A stretch of DNA of 64,000 nucleotides from Squalus acanthias (lineage: Eukaryota), in the NCBI GenBank assembly GCA_030390025.1, contig CM059432.1:82648001-82712000 (forward strand), written 5' to 3'. Positions 29,501 through 41,458 of this stretch are shown here, piece after piece. Position numbers and translations under genes: made by a program. Position 1 is the first letter of the stretch. Every line of letters starts with the position of its first letter. The notes below the pieces were generated by a model. That model ran no database searches. It was not told the DNA's origin and saw only the letters and a list, made by a program, of their open reading frames with translations.

Positions 29501-32500
29501 GTAACTCTAATTATAGTAACTCTAATCATAGTAACTCCAATTATAGTAACTCTAATTATAGTAACTCCAATTATAGTAACTCTAATTATAGTAACTCCAA
29601 TTATAGTAACTCTAATTATAGTAACTCCAATTATAGTAACTCTAATTATAGTAACTCTAATTATAGTAACTCCAATTATAGTAACTCTAATTATAGTAAC
29701 TCCAATTATAGTAACTCTAATTATAGTAACTCCAATTATAGTAACTCTAATTATAGTAACTCTAATTATAGTAACTCCAATTATAGTAACTCCAATTATA
29801 GTAACTCTAATTATAGTAACTCCAATTATAGTAACTCTAATCATAGTAACTCTAATCATAGTAACTCCAATTATAGTAACTCCAATTATAGTAACTCTAA
29901 TTATAGTAACTCCAATTATAGTAACTCTAATCATAGTAACTCCAATTATAGTAACTCTAATTATAGTAACTCTAATCATAGTAACTCCAATTATAGTAAC
30001 TCCAATTATAGTAACTCTAATTATAGTAACTCCAATTATAGTAACTCTAATCATAGTAACTCCAATTATAGTAACTCTAATTATAGTAACTCTAATCATA
30101 GTAACTCCAATTATAGTAACTCTAATTATAGTAACTCTAATCATAGTAACTCCAATTATAGTAACTCTAATTATAGTAACTCCAATTATAGTAACTCTAA
30201 TTATAGTAACTCTAATTATAGTAACTCTAATCATAGTAACTCCAATTATAGTAACTCTAATTATAGTAACTCTAATCATAGTAACTCCAATTATAGTAAC
30301 TCTAATTATAGTAACTCCAATTATAGTAACTCTAATTATAGTAACTCTAATCATAGTAACTCCAATTATAGTAACTCCAATTATAGTAACTCTAATTATA
30401 GTAACTCCAATTATAGTAACTCTAATCATAGTAACTCCAATTATAGTAACTCTAATTATAGTAACTCTAATCATAGTAACTCCAATTATAGTAACTCCAA
30501 TTATAGTAACTCTAATTATAGTAACTCTAATTATAGTAACTCCAATTATAGTAACTTTAATCATAGTAACTCCAATTATAGTAACTCTAATTATAGTAAC
30601 TCTAATTATAGTAACTCCAATTATAGTAACTCCAATTATAGTAACTTTAATCATCGTAACTCCAATTATAGTAACTCTAATTATAGTAACTCTAATTATA
30701 GTAACTCCAATTATAGTAACTCCAATTATAGTAACTCCAATTATAGTAACTTTAATCATAGTAACTCCAATTATAGTAACTCTAATCATAGTAACTTTAA
30801 TCATAGTAACTCCAATTATAGTAACTCCAATTATAGTAACTCTAATTATAGTAACTCCAATTATAGTAACTCTAATCATAGTAACTTTAATCATAGTAAC
30901 TCCAATTATAGTAACTCCAATTATAGTAACTCTAATTATAGAAACTCTAATTATAGAAACTCTAATTATAGTAACTCTAATCATAGTAACTCCAATTATA
31001 GTAACTCCAATCATAGTAACTCCAATCATAGTAACTCCAATTATAGTAACTCCAATTATAGTAACTCCAATTATGGTAACTCTAATCATAGTAACTCTAA
31101 TCATAGTAACTCTAATTATAGTAACTCCAATTATAGTAACTCTAATCATAGTAACTTTAATCATAGTAACTCCAATTATAGTAACTCCAATTATAGAAAC
31201 TCTAATCATAGTAACTCTAATTATAGTAACTCTAATCATAGTAACTCCAATCATAGTAACTCCAATTATAGTAACTCCAATTATGGTAACTCTAATCATA
31301 GTAACTCTAATCATAGTAACTCTAATTATAGTAACTCCAATTATAGTAACTCTAATCATAGTAACTCTAATCATAGTAACTCTAATTATAGTAACTCCAA
31401 TTATAGTAACTCTAATCATAGTAACTTTAATCATAGTAACTCCAATTATAGTAACTCTAATTATAGTAACTCTAATCATAGTAACTCTAATCATAGTAAC
31501 TCTAATTATAGTAACTCCAATTATAGTAACTCTAATCATAGTAACTCTAATCATAGTAACTCTAATTATAGTAACTCCAATTATAGTAACTCTAATCATA
31601 GTAACTCTAATTATAGTAACTCCAATTATAGTAACTCTAATCATAGTAACTCTAATCATAGTAACTCTAATTATAGTAACTCCAATTATAGTAACTCTAA
31701 TCATAGTAACTCTAATCATAGTAACTCTAATTATAGTAACTTTAATCATAGTAACTCTAATCATAGTAACTCCAATCATAGTAACTCCAATTATAGAAAC
31801 TCTAATCATAGTAACTTTAATCATAGTAACTCCAATTATAGTAACTCCAATCATAGTAACTCCAATTATAGAAACTCTAATTATAGAAACTCTAATTATA
31901 GAAACTCTAATCGTAGTAACTTTAATCATAGTAACTCCAATTATAGTAACTCCAATTATAGAAACTCTAATTATAGAAACTCTAATCATAGTAACTCCAA
32001 TCATAGTAACTCCAATTATAGTAACTCCAATTATAGTAACTCTAATCATAGTAACTCCAATTATAGAAACTCTAATTATAGAAACTCTAATCATAGTAAC
32101 TCCAATCATAGTAACTCCAATTATAGAAACTCTAATTATAGAAACTCTAATCATAGTAACTCCAATCATAGTAACTCCAATTATAGTAACTCCAATTATA
32201 GTAACTCTAATCATAGTAACTCCAATTATAGAAACTCTAATCATAGTAACTTTAATCATAGTAACTCCAATTATAGTAACTCCAATTATAGTAACTCTAA
32301 TCATAGTAACTCCAATTATAGAAACTCTAATTATAGAAACTCCAATTATAGTAACTCCAATTATAGTAACTCTAATCATAGTAACTCCAATTATAGAAAC
32401 TCTAATCATAGTAACTCCAATTATAGTAACTCCAATTATAGTAACTCCAATCATAGTAACTCCAATTATAGAAACTCTAATTATAGAAACTCTAATTATA

Positions 32501-35477
32501 GAAACTCTAATCATAGTAACTCCAATTATAGTAACTCCAATTATAGTAACTCTAATCATAGTAACTCCAATTATAGAAACTCTAATTATAGAAACTCTAA
32601 TTATAGAAACTCTAATCATAGTAACTCCAATTATAGAAACTCTAATCATAGTAACTCCAATTATAGAAACTCTAATTATAGAAACTCTAATTATAGAAAC
32701 TCTAATCATATTAACTCCAATTATAGTAACTCTAATCATAGTAACTCTAATCATAGTAACTCCAATTATAGAAACTCTAATCATAGTAACTCCAATTATA
32801 GAAACTCTAATCATAGTAACTCCAATTATAGTAACTCCAATTATAGTAACTCCAATTATAGAAACTCTAATTATAGAAACTCTAATTATAGAAACTCTAA
32901 TCATAGTAACTCCAATTATAGTAACTCCAATTATAGTAACTCCAATTATAGTAACTCCAATCATAGTAACTCCAATTATAGAAACTCTAATTATAGAAAC
33001 TCTAATTATAGAAACTCTAATCATAGTAACTCCAATTATAGTAACTCTAATCATAGTAACTCTAATTATAGTAACTCCAATTATAGTAACTCCAATTATA
33101 GAAACTCTAATTATAGTAACTCCAATTATAGTAACTCTAATCATAGTAACTCTAATTATAGTAACTCCAATTATAGTAACTCTAATTATAGAAACTCTAA
33201 TCATAGTAACTCCAATTATAGTAACTCTAATCATAGTAACTCTAATTATAGTAACTCCAATTATAGTAACTCCAATTATAGAAACTCTAATTATAGAAAC
33301 TCTAATTATAGAAACTCTAATCATAGTAACTCCAATTATAGTAACTCCAATTATAGTAACTTTAATCATAGTAACTCCAATTATAGTAACTCTAATTATA
33401 GTAACTCCAATTATAGTAACTTTAATCATAGTAACTCCAATTATAGTAACTCTAATTATAGTAACTCTAATCATAGTAACTTTAATCATAGTAACTCCAA
33501 TCATAGTAACTCCAATTATAGTAACTCTAATCATAGTAACTTTAATCATAGTAACTCCAATTATAGTAACTCTAATTATAGTAACTTTAATCATAGTAAC
33601 TCTAATCATAGTAACTTTAATCATAGTAACTCCAATTATAGTAACTCTAATTATAGTAACTTTAATCATAGTAACTCTAATCATAGTAACTCTAATTATA
33701 GTAACTCTAATTATAGTAACTTTAATCATAGTAACTCTAATCATAGTAACTCTAATTATAGTAACTCCAATTATAGTAACTCTAATTATAGTAACTTTAA
33801 TCATAGTAACTCTAATCATAGTAACTCTAATTATAGTAACTCCAATTATAGTAACTCTAATCATAGTAACTTTAATCATAGTAACTCCAATTATAGTAAC
33901 TCCAATTATAGTAACTCTAATCATAGTAACTTTAATCATAGTAACTCCAATTATAGTAACTCTAATTATAGTAACTTTAATCATAGTAACTCTAATCATA
34001 GTAACTCTAATTATAGTAACTCCAATTATAGTAACTCTAATCATAGTAACTCTAATCATAGTAACTTTAATCATAGTAACTCCAATTATAGTAACTCCAA
34101 TTATAGTAACTCTAATCATAGTAACTTTAATCATAGTAACTCCAATTATAGTAACTCTAATTATAGTAACTTTAATCATAGTAACTCTAATCATAGTAAC
34201 TCCAATTATAGTAACTCCAATTATAGTAACTCTAATCATAGTAACTTTAATCATAGTAACTCCAATTATAGTAACTCTAATTATAGTAACTTTAATCATA
34301 GTAACTCTAATCATAGTAACTCCAATTATAGTAACTCCAATTATAGTAACTCTAATCATAGTAACTTTAATCATAGTAACTCTAATCATAGTAACTCTAA
34401 TTATAGTAACTCCAATTATAGTAACTCTAATCATAGTAACTTTAATCATAGTAACTCTAATCATAGTAACTCTAATTATAGTAACTCCAATTATAGTAAC
34501 TCTAATCATAGTAACTCCAATTATAGTAACTCCAATTATAGTAACTCTAATCATAGTAACTTTAATCATAGTAACTCTAATCATAGTAACTCTAATCATA
34601 GTAACTCTAATTATAGTAACTCCAATTATAGTAACTCTAATCATAGTAACTCCAATTATAGTAACTCCAATTATAGTAACTCTAATCATAGTAACTTTAA
34701 TCATAGTAACTCTAATCATAGTAACTCTAATTATAGTAACTCCAATTATAGTAACTCTAATTATAGTAACTTTAATCATAGTAACTCCAATTATAGTAAC
34801 TCCAATTATAGTAACTCTAATTATAGTAACTCTAATCATAGTAACTCCAATTATAGTAACTCCAATTATAGTAACTCTAATCATAGTAACTTTAATCATA
34901 GTAACTCTAATCATAGTAACTCTAATTATAGTAACTCCAATTATAGTAACTCTAATTATAGTAACTTTAATCATAGTAACTCCAATTATAGTAACTCCAA
35001 TTATAGTAACTCCAATTATAGTAACTCTAATCATAGTAACTTTAATCATAGTAACTCCAATTATAGTAACTCTAATCATAGTAACTTTAATCATAGTAAC
35101 TCCAATTATAGAAACTCTAATCATAGTAACTTTAATCATAGTAACTCCAATTATAGTAACTCTAATCATAGTAACTTTAATCATAGTAACTCCAATTATA
35201 GTAACTCCAATTATAGTAACTCCAATTATAGAAACTCTAATTATAGTAACTCCAATTATAGTAACTCTAATTATAGTAACTCCAATTATAGTAACTCTAA
35301 TTATAGTAACTCCAATTATAGAAACTCTAATTATAGTAACTCCAATTATAGTAACTCCAATTATAGTAACTCTAATCATAGTAACTCTAATTATAGTAAC
35401 TCCAATTATAGTAACTCTAATCATAGTAACTCTAATTATAGTAACTCTAATCATAGTAACTCTAATCATAGTAACTC
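5522..35477. repeat. 15-bp tandem satellite/minisatellite, consensus AATTATAGTAACTC(T/C), about 2000 copies
   Basis: Directly visible 15-bp periodicity over 30 kb. Common variants are TCT/TCC/TTT, TAT/CAT and GTA/GAA. Indel-rich stretches at ~17066-21770 and ~26310-26585. Confidence 0.99.
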
Positions 35478-36029
35478 AGTGACAGTAGCCAAAGCCTGGG
35501 TGTTTCGGTTGAGCTAGTTCCAGTCTAGCTCATGTGCCAGATCAATTGCACTGCAAATTTGACATTGAATTCACATGCATGACAGTAAATTTTGCCCCTA
35601 CACCGCAGCTGACCAAACCCATGGAAAATGGTCTGACCATGAATTTATGTTCTGGCGAAACAGGTGCAGCAAAACATCTCTCAAAAACTGATGCATGTCC
35701 TAAGTGCAATATACAAAGAAATGAATCTACCTCCTTAGTAAAACAAGTCTAACTCCCTCAAGCCAACTGACTAATGCTGGTAAGTAGAATTCAGGGTGTG
35801 AGGCAGGGTGAAGCGGGTCACGCTCTGGGTGTTCTGATTTCCTCCGAAACTTGGGGTACCCCTGTGCATGTGGAAGGACAAGTTTTAAAGGAAACTACGG
35901 CCACATCATCAAGGGCGGTGCAGCATGAAAGGCAGCATTTGAGTTTTACAAATGTTTTTACAGATATAAGAAGCTGCCTGCAAACTAAATTAACTGAATT
36001 TTAAAATAAATCCGAATTGCCAGCAACTT

Positions 36030-37631
36030 AGTATTGAGAGGGAGAAGGTACTAGCGGTTTTAGTGGGCTTAAAAGTGGATAAATCCCCAGGCCCAGACGA
36101 GATGTATCCCAGGCTGCTGTGTGAGGCAAGAGAGGAGATTGCAGGGGCTCTGACACAAATTTTCAGAACCTCTCTGGCCACAGGGGAGATGCCAGAGGAC
36201 TGGAGGACAGCTAACGTAGTACCATTATTCAAGAAGGGTAGTAGGGATAAACCAGGGAATTGCAGGCCAGTGAGCCTAACATCAGTGGTAGGGAAATTAT
36301 TGGAAAAAATTCTGAGGGACAGAATTAGTCTCCACTTGGAGAGGCAAGGATTAATCAAGGATAGTCAGCATGGCTTTGTCAGGGGGAGATCATGTCTGAC
36401 CAATTTGATTGAATTTTTCGAGGGGGTGACTAGGTGTGTGGATGAGGGTAGTGCAGTTGATGTGGTCTACATGGACTTCAGTAAGGCTTTTGACAAAGTC
36501 CCGCATGGGAGACTGGTCAAGAAGGTAAGAGCCCATGGGATCCAGGGCAATTTGGCACATTCGATCCAAAATTGGCTTAGTGGCAGGAGGCAGAGGGTGA
36601 TGGTCGAAGGTTGTTTTTGTGACTGGAAGCCTGTGTCCAGTGGTGTACCGCAGGGATCGGTGCTGGGTCCTTTGCTGTTTGTAGTGTACATTAATGATTT
36701 AGATATGAATGTAGGAGGTATGATCAGTAAGTTCTCAGATGACATGAAAATTGGTGGAGTGGTAAATAGCCTCAGGCTACAGGACAATATAGACGGGTTG
36801 GTCAGATGGGCAGGCCAGTGGCAAATGGAATTTAACCCTGAAAAGTGTGAGGTGATGCATTTTGGGAGGACTAACAAGGCAAGGGACTACACAATGAATG
36901 GTAGGACCCTAGGAAGGACAAAGGATCAGAGGGACCTTGGTGTGCATGTATATAGATCCCTGAAGGCAGCAGGACAGGTAGATAAGGTGGTTAAAAAGGC
37001 ATATGGGATACTTGCCTTCATTAGCCGAGGTATAGAATATAAGAGCAGGGAGGTTATGATGGAGCTGTACAAAATGCTAGTTAGGCCACAGCTGGAATAC
37101 TGTGTGCAGTTCTGGTCGCCACACTATAGGAAGGATGTGATTGCATTTAAGAGGGTGCAGAGGAGATTCACCAGGATGTTACCTGGGCTGCAGCGCTTCA
37201 GCTATGAAGAGAGACTGGACAGGCTGGGGTTGTTTTCCTTAGAGCAGAGAAGGCTGAGGAGGGACCTGATTGAGGTGTACAAAATTATGAGGGGCATAGA
37301 TAGGGTAGATAGAAAGGAACTTTTCCCCTTAGTAGAGGGGTCAATAACCAGGGGGCATAGTTTCAAGATAAGGGGCAGGAGGTTTAGAGGGGATTTGAGG
37401 AAAAACTTTTTCACCCAGAGGGTGGTTGAAATCTGGAACTCACTGCCTGAAAGGGTGGTAGAGGCAGGAACCCTCACAACATTCAAGAAGCATTTAGATG
37501 AGCACTTGAAACGCCATAGCATACAAGGCTACGGACCAAGTGCTGGAAAATGGGATTAGAATAGACAGGGCTTGATGGCCGGCGCGGACACGATGGGCCG
37601 AAGGGCCTCTTTCTGTGCTGTATAACTCTAT
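36030..37631 (+). mobile_element. 5'-truncated CR1 LINE
   Basis: ORF2 RT region followed by 3' UTR (GATGGGCCGAAGGGCCTCTTTCTGTGCTG) and a TAACTCTAT tail. Confidence 0.95.
36063..37559 (+). pseudogene. CR1 ORF2 reverse transcriptase, 5'-truncated
   Basis: KSPGPD, PLFKKG, QHGF, DFSKAFDKVPH and GVPQGSVLGP motifs, with the catalytic motif reading FSDD. No endonuclease domain. Confidence 0.9.
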
Positions 37632-38521
37632 GGGGGAGAAATTCAGTATCGCCCCGTTTGGGGCGCAATTATCGGCCGGGCGCAAAGTTTAGCGCCTGGC
37701 GCTAATTATCACCTCCGACTGCAAACTTGGGTTTTATCACCCCTGGAGGTGATTAGAGCACTAAATCAGGCACTGCACACCTGTCTTAAGGCGCAAAGGC
37801 CGAGGAGCAAGGCGCTAACTCAGAGTGCTGGCGAAGCTCATGTGATATCAGTCAGCAATGGAACACAGACACACTGGCGCCGGCCAGTTCTTAAAGAGGA
37901 GGGTCGATCTTGCTCTCCATCCATACCCTGCTCATTGCAGCCTTGAATCTAGGCCTGGAGAGCCTTTACATCAAATCTGTTGGAAAGAACAATGGAGAGG
38001 ACCAGGGAAAGAGCTCAGAGTGCAGCCCCCATATTCTCTTCTAAATCGATGCAAGGAAGATCAAATAAAAAAGAACCTGCAAAGTGCTGCTCAGTACCCA
38101 AAACTCCTCAACACAGCTTTGAATATCTCCTGCAGTCTGTCTCTCTCACTCAGAATGCGTGGTGAAAAAATTTCGCCGACAAAAAAAGGCAGGAAGCGGT
38201 CGCCTTTAAATAGCGCTCCCCCAGTCCCTTCCCGACTGAAAACGCTCCCCTCAACCTGTCGTTGCTAGCGGCAGGCGGTAAGACAGGGGGCGCCACTCAA
38301 TATCCGGTCCGGGGCGCTACCGGGGCGTTGCACACTCGACTGACGTCACGATCTGCGGGTGCAGGAGATCGTGGCGGTAGTGTTTAGCACCGCCGCAAAA
38401 TGTCTAGTCAATTTCGTGAGCGGCGTAAACATCGCCATGCACGGGCGCTAGTTGCTTTGCGCCCCATTAGCGCCCTTTTAAGGCGCTAACGGGAGGTGCA
38501 AACCAATCGAATTTTTCCCCC
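37632..38521 (+). mobile_element. Non-autonomous deletion derivative (MITE) of the Harbinger family at 57733-61955
   Basis: TIRs GGGGGAGAAATTC and GAATTTTTCCCCC. The left ~330 bp matches 57733-58065 and the right ~400 bp matches the right end of the full element. Flanks TAT/AAT. Confidence 0.9.
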
Positions 38522-38593
38522 AATGACTCTAACTTGCTATCAACAATATTTCTTTAAATTGTTTTCCTTTATTAGATCAGACCTTTTTTTTAT

Positions 38594-39822
38594 GGGGGAG
38601 AAACTCATTGTGTGTCAGCCGTGGCTCAGTTGGTAGCACTCTTGCTTCTGAGTCAGAAGGTTGTGGGTTCAAGTCCCACTCCAGGGACGTGAGCACATTA
38701 AGCTAGGCTGACACTCCAGTGCAGTGCTGAGGGAGTGCTGCACTTGTTGGAGGTGCCATCTTTCGGATGAGACGTTAAACCGAAGCCCCGTCTGCTCTCT
38801 CAGGTGGATGTAAAAGATCCCACGGCACTATTTTGCAAAAGAGCAGGGGAGTTATCCCTGGTGTCCTGGCCAATATTTATCCCTCATTCAACATAAAAAA
38901 AACCCAGATTATTTGGTCATTATCACATTGCTGTTTCTGGGAGCTTGCTGTGCGCAAATTGGCTGCCGCATTTCCTACATTACAACAGTGACTCCACTTC
39001 AAAAGTACTTAATTGGCTATAAAACGCTTTGAGACGTCCGGTGGTTGTAAAAGGCGCTATATAAATGCAAGTCTTTCTCTTTCTATCATTATGGCCCCAT
39101 TTGGGGTGCTAAACCTCGGAAGCAGAAAAATTATCGGCAGGCGCTAATGATGAGTGGCTCCCGCGAAATTCAGTTGGAGCGCTCCAAGAGGGATGTGGAG
39201 TGCTAAATCAAGCGCTACCACTTCCCCATGAGCGCTAAAGGGAGTGAGGGGGCAGTATCGGCAGAGCGCTGATCAATGTTCCGTGCATCGCTGCCGGATT
39301 CGCAGGCTCCCTCCCTCCCTTAAAGGGAAGGGCCAATGCTCACAGCAGTTAAAGGTAAGGCTGGCGATTGGTCAGCGACGGCACCCACGATCCACAAGGA
39401 GCAGCCCCAAGCACTCAAAGAGAGGGCAGGACTGATCAATCGTGGCAATGAAATTTTTTTTTAAAACAGCACAAAGGGATGAGAAACATTTTTTGGCCTA
39501 CCTGATCACCAATCCCTTTAATTAGCGCTCCCCAAGCATCCGGCCGAGGTCACAACGCCTCCTGCAGCTGCCGTTGCTGACGCCCGGCAAAGCTGCGGGG
39601 GGTGGAAGCGAATTTAGGATCCGGGGCGATGCGCACCGGATGACGTCACGCTATCCGGGGCGCAGGAGATCGAGGTGGTAAGTTTTACCGCCGGTGCTAC
39701 CACCCCATTGAATTTCGCGGGAGTCGTTTCTTTCGCCGCGCCTGGTCGGTAAATCGTTACCGTCCCGTTAATCCCCCCCCGGAGGCGATAACGGGAGGTG
39801 CAAAGGAGGCCAATTTCTAGCC
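38594..39822 (+). mobile_element. Related Harbinger-type MITE interrupted by a SINE
   Basis: Begins TAT|GGGGGAGAAACTC, resumes after the SINE with GCCCCATTTGGGGTGCTAA, contains GCGCTA motifs and TGACGTCA, and ends AATTTCTAGCC. Confidence 0.7.
38610..39083 (+). mobile_element. tRNA-derived DeuSINE (SacSINE1-like), full-length copy 2
   Basis: A box TGGCTCAGTTGG, B box GGTTCAAGTCC, Deu-like core, and tail GGCGCTATATAAATGCAAGTCTTTC. Confidence 0.9.
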
Positions 39823-39850
39823 TGCTGACTTTATTATAATGTTGTTGCAG

Positions 39851-39936
39851 GTTAAAAAAAATGAACTTGGAGCATTTTGCCGTGATCAGGACAACATGGG
39901 TCATCTTAATCCTGAAGTCACCACACAAGAAAAATA
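39851..39936 (+). CDS. Putative host-gene exon B (VKKNELGAFCRDQDNMGHLNPEVTTQEK-Y)
   Basis: Acceptor TGTTGTTGCAG with upstream CTGAC, donor TA|GTGCGT. 86 nt, phase 0 in and phase 2 out. TA plus the first C of exon C gives TAC. Confidence 0.6.
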
Positions 39937-40131
39937 GTGCGTTTTAACCAAGAAAGTTAAATTTAGTCAAATCCAGAGCAGCCCCTGCAGATTAAGAATG
40001 AATTTCTTAACCCTTAGTGTGTGCCTCAGACAAGGCCCAAGCCTTATCACGTGTAAGGAAAATTAACATTGTTTTCTCACCCTGTTGTATTTTTTAAATG
40101 ATTGTATTTTTTTTGGCCAATTTTTTACCCT

Positions 40132-40655
40132 ACAACAACAACTTGTATTTATATAGTGCCTTTAACATTGTAAAAAGTCCCAAGGCACTTCACAGGAGTA
40201 TTATAAAACAAAATTTGACATCGAGCCACATAAGGAGATATTAGGGCAGATGACCAAAAGCTTGGTCAAATAGGTAGGTTTTAAGGAGAATCTTAAAGGA
40301 GGAAAGAGAGGTAGAGAGGCGGAGAGGTTTAGGCAGGGAATTCCAGAGCTTAGGGCCTAGGCAACAGAAGGCACAGCCGCCAATGGTGGAGCAATTAAAA
40401 TCAGGGATGCTCAAGAGGGCAGAATTAGAGGAGCGCAGATATCTCAGAGGGTTGTGATGCTGGAGGAGATTACAGAGATAGGGAGGAGCAAGGCCATGTA
40501 GGGATTTGAAAACAAGGATGAGAATTTTGAAATCGAGGCGTTGCTTAACCGGGAGCCAATGTAGGTCAGCAAACACAAGGGTGATGGGTGAACGGGACTT
40601 GGTGCGAGTTAGGACACAGGCAGCAGAGCTTTGGATGACCTCAAGTTTACGGAGA
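40132..40655 (-). mobile_element. L2 LINE 3' end
   Basis: ORF 40241-40576 reads LHWLPVKQRLDFKILILVFKSLHGLAPPYL...LWNSLP...FKILLKTYLF, a typical L2 ORF2 C-terminus. (GTT)n tail. Confidence 0.9.
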
Positions 40656-40659
40656 TAAC

Positions 40660-40760
40660 CTACTCTGGAGATACAATTCTACAGGCACCAGGAGCCCTTC
40701 AGTACCTCACCCAATTGGCCATTCTTCATGTGTAAGTCTAGATAGTGTCAGCTGGTAATA
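40660..40760 (-). mobile_element. AmnSINE2-like SINE fragment
   Basis: GTACCTCACCCAATTGGCCATTCTTCATGTGTAAGTCTAG matches the reverse complement of the core at ~52030-52070. Confidence 0.55.
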
Positions 40761-41199
40761 TCCTTGTCTCCGAGTCAAAAAGTTGTGTGTTCAAGTCGCA
40801 CTCCAGAGATTTAAGCACAAAAATCTAGGCTGACCCTCCCGTGCAGTACTGAGGAAATAAAGCTCTGTTGGAGATGCCATCTTTTGGATGAGACGTTAAA
40901 CTGAGGTCCTGTCTGCTCTCTCAGGTGGACATAAAAGATCCCATGGCACTATTTTGAAGAAGAGCAGGGGGGTTATCTCTGGTGTCCTGGCCAATATTTA
41001 TCCCTCAATCAACATCACCAAAACAGATTATCTGGTCATTATCACATTGCTGTTTGTGGGAGCTTGCTGTGTGCAAATTGGCTGCCGCGTTTACTACAAT
41101 ACAACAGTGACTTAACTTCAAAAAGTACTTCATTGGCTGTAAAGCGCTTTGGGCGTCCAGTGGTCGTGAAAGATGCTATATAAATGCAAGTCTTTCTTT
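40760..41199 (+). mobile_element. DeuSINE (SacSINE1-like), copy 3, degenerate 5' end
   Basis: Aligns to copies 1, 2 and 4 over the core and tail. Confidence 0.88.
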
Positions 41200-41458
41200 A
41201 GACATTGAGGACTGGATTCTCATCCGCAATCCCTGGGTGGGATAATGGTGGGGAATGATGGAAAATTTGGGTGGTGAGGCCTACCGCCATCTCACTGCCT
41301 GACCTGCAGTTCCTTCTCCCCACTCCAGTCAGGAATTATGCTTACTGCACCCCTGCCACCTACCGCATGTAACTGGTGGCGGGCCGGCAGGGCCTGGGTT
41401 GCTGGCGGATTTTCCTCCCGTTCATTCGTTATACTACCTATTCCTGTGGCACTGGTAG

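Noticed and set aside
5522..35477. CRISPR array or telomeric repeat
   Set aside because: No unique spacers or cas genes, eukaryotic context, and the unit is unrelated to TTAGGG.
5473..35482. Giant ORFs (3811, 3876, 3237, 2965, 1469, 1430 aa) as real genes
   Set aside because: They are pure translations of a 15-bp satellite, open on both strands at once, with no unique domains. Most wobble positions are invariant.
38610..38690. tRNA genes at SINE heads (also ~1, 43050, 55540)
   Set aside because: A/B boxes run directly into SINE or LINE bodies, with no complete cloverleaf or terminator evident.
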